Shown: piece by piece, positions 61,682 through 64,000 of the stretch
How the letters are laid out: the number at the start of each line of letters is the position of its first letter
Numbering within the stretch: the stretch's first letter is position 1
Assembly: GCF_006345805.1 (NCBI RefSeq)
Contig: NC_043011.1
Span: forward strand, 14,024,464-14,088,463
Reading direction: 5' to 3'
Length of the DNA stretch: 64,000 bases
Source: Octopus sinensis
Lineage: Eukaryota
Notes under the pieces: model-generated
Told to the model about the DNA's origin: nothing
The model's input: only the letters and a program-made list of their open reading frames with translations
Database searches by the model: none
Program-made: the position numbers and the translations under genes

Positions 61682-62030
61682 GAAAGTGCATGGCTTGTGG
61701 TTATGGCATTCGGCTCACAATCGTTAGGTTGTGAGTTCAATTCCCAGTGGTGTGTTGTATCCTTGAGCAAGGTACTTTATTTTACGTCAAAAATGTTTTG
61801 AGTTCGTATGGGAGTTGTAAATGAATGTAGCTGTCATGCATGCTGTGTTCTTTGTTTTCCAATCTTCCATGAAAAACATGTCTGACCATGGGGGAAATAT
61901 TATTTTCCTTGGAAACAGGTGAAGGTTGGTGACAGGAAGGGCATCCGACCATTGAAAAATCAGCTTCAGCAAATTCGATCCAACTACACAAGCGTGGAAA
62001 AGTGGACATTAAAATAATGACGATGATGAA
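61682..62030 (+). mobile_element. Older tRNA-CORE SINE with RTE-like tail
   Basis: tggcttgtggtt..gagttcaattcc..ccttgagcaag; tail gacaggaagggcatcc...ggacattaaaataatgacgatgatga. Confidence 0.55.
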
Positions 62031-62183
62031 CAAACAGCCCTTCAGACAAAAACCTGTCCAAACAATATTATTGCTGGGATTTTGGGTGAAGTGTTGCAGT
62101 GCTGAATGCATTTAGTACTTCAATGTTGTCATCTGCCCATCGTTCTCTTCCAGTTTTGTTTTTCATTTGGGCAGTGACATTAA

Positions 62184-62358
62184 CCCTTTCGTTACCAACC
62201 CGGCTGAAACCGGCTCTGGCTCTGAGTACAAATGTCTTGTTTTCATAAGTTTTGAATTAAAATCTTTCACCAAACCTTAGTCACAATTTATGTTCTTAAC
62301 ACTAGCTGAATGATAACTAAGTTATTTTACTAAATTCTTTGTTATATTTAAAGTAATT
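62184..62358. mobile_element. Truncated copy of the same piggyBac-type MITE
   Basis: ttaa|ccctttcgttaccaacccggctgaaacc..., ending in (TA)n. Confidence 0.8.
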
Positions 62359-62846
62359 ATATATATATATATATATACTAAACAACATTTTTATACTGTT
62401 ATATATTATTATGTACTCAGCAGGATAGCAAGATGAAGTGGAAACAGAAGCAATAAAAATAAACAGCAATAACAAATGTGAAACAAGTTTTTCTCTTATT
62501 CGTTTCGCCCTGCCTAAAACTTTTATTACACAACATGTATGTTTTAAACAAAGAACTATACTTTAGTAAAGTGAATTTTTAGCTTTAAGCAATATTTGGC
62601 CTAAAGAAAAGTTTTTAATGTTTAAATTCTACACACACTCACTTTTATATATATGTTGGTTTCAAATTATGGCACAAGGCCAGCAATTTTAGGGAAGGGG
62701 ATAAGTTGATTTGACCCCAGTAATTCAACTGGTACTTATTTTATTGACCCCAAAAGGATGAAAGGCAAAGTCAACCTTGGTGGAATTTGAACCAACAGAG
62801 CTGGTGTGCTAAGGATTCTGCCAGCTTACCACCTTTATATATATAT

Positions 62847-63245
62847 CATTTCATCTAGTTTCAGCTCACGAGTTGTGGCCATGCTGGGGCACTGCCATTC
62901 GGTGTTGCTACATGATTTTACTTCACGAATATTTTTTAGCAATTGACATTTGGTGCATGAGAGAGTTTTTGATGCAGCTGCTCTCATTTGCACCTCTTGC
63001 CGTGAAGTTGGTTCATCTGGGACACCTGACAGGAAAATGTCCAGCTTTATTTTGAAGACATCTGCATCCACCCCATGCAGGTCCATCAGGTCCTTCGGGA
63101 GGATATTGAAGACCTGTGGACCTCTGAAGCCCAGGCTATCGCAGCATCTTGTCCTACATCTTGGTGGCAAATTTGGAGTCCTTAGCACTATGCAGTGGTG
63201 CCCAGTTCTAGTATTTGTGTAACTCTTGATGCCAAAGTTTGGGAC

Positions 63246-63247
<2 letters not shown>
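62847..63247 (-). mobile_element. CR1/L2-group LINE 3' end (different family)
   Basis: DSLGFRGPQVFNILPKDL...VFKIKLDIFLSGVPDEP...MRAAAS, then tail ggcagtgccccagcatggccacaactcgtgagctgaaactagatgaaatga. Confidence 0.8.
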
Positions 63248-63249
<2 letters not shown>

Positions 63250-63276
<27 letters not shown>

Positions 63277-63829
63277 TATATATCATTATCATCATCATTT
63301 AACATTCACCTCTCTATGCTTGCATGGGCATAGAGTTTGTTGAGGCAGATTTTCTATGGCCAGTTACCCTGCCTCTCTCAAACCCTCACTTGTTTACGAG
63401 CAAGGTAATATTTTCCCATGCCCAGACATACATGTCTTTTTACAGAAAACTGGAAATGAAAAACACCATTTCTATGGCAGTAATGCTTGTTCACAACCAT
63501 CATGTGATGTCAAAGCAAGAGTACACAGGCATATATATATATATATATATATAATATATATATATATACACACACACATATATATCATTATCATCATCAT
63601 TTAACATTCACCTCTCTATGCTTGCATGGGCATAGAGTTTGTTGAGGCAGATTTTCTATGGCCAGTTACCCTGCCTCTCTCAAACCCTCACTTGTTTACG
63701 AGCAAGGTAATATTTTCCCATGCCCAGACATACATGTCTTTTTACAGAAAACTGGAAATGAAAAACACCATTTCTATGGCAGTAATGCTTGTTCACAACC
63801 ATCATGTGATGTCAAAGCAAGAGTACACA

Positions 63830-63860
<31 letters not shown>
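63250..63860. repeat. 302-bp tandem duplication
   Basis: Identical ORFs offset by 302 nt; units bounded by (TA)n. Confidence 0.95.
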
Positions 63861-63866
<6 letters not shown>

Positions 63867-64000
63867 TAATATCAGGATAATAAAGATCTTAGAAATTTCT
63901 AATACCAGTGGCCTAGCGTATAGAAAAATTAGTCAATAGACTATATATTATTCATATAAAATACAGAGTACATTTAAACACATTAAGAGGTTTCCATCGT

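Noticed and set aside
56240-64000. VPS37A exons 1-2 (N-terminal ~65 aa)
   Set aside because: No frame with matching peptide and splice sites was found; they probably lie beyond the window.

Overview
AT-rich, repeat-dense animal genomic DNA. The SINE/LINE repertoire looks like Octopus (inferred from repeat families, not proven). One host gene is supported: VPS37A (ESCRT-I) on the minus strand. It has 9 GT-AG exons from 56238 down to the stop at 31031 (940 nt, about 312 aa, all phases consistent) and a likely poly(A) signal at about 30650. The N-terminal ~65 aa were not found and probably lie beyond 64 kb. The rest is mostly mobile DNA: several tRNA-derived SINE families, RTE, CR1-like and Tx1/L1-like LINE fragments, Penelope-like elements (PLEs), and hAT, piggyBac, maT, Merlin-like and Helitron-like non-autonomous elements. 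The most unusual signal is a set of about nine hammerhead-ribozyme-like motifs inside or just upstream of the identified VPS37A exons. They are tied to PLE termini, to fold-back duplications, and to a 207-bp ribozyme-bearing unit inserted with a 13-bp target-site duplication (retrozyme-like). Candidate SINE-LINE tail partnerships and recurrent head-to-tail SINE multimers are also visible. A repeat-poor island at about 18.2-23.3 kb has exon-like signals but no identifiable product. Repeat boundaries are approximate (about 10-20 bp); exon and TSD coordinates were counted by hand.
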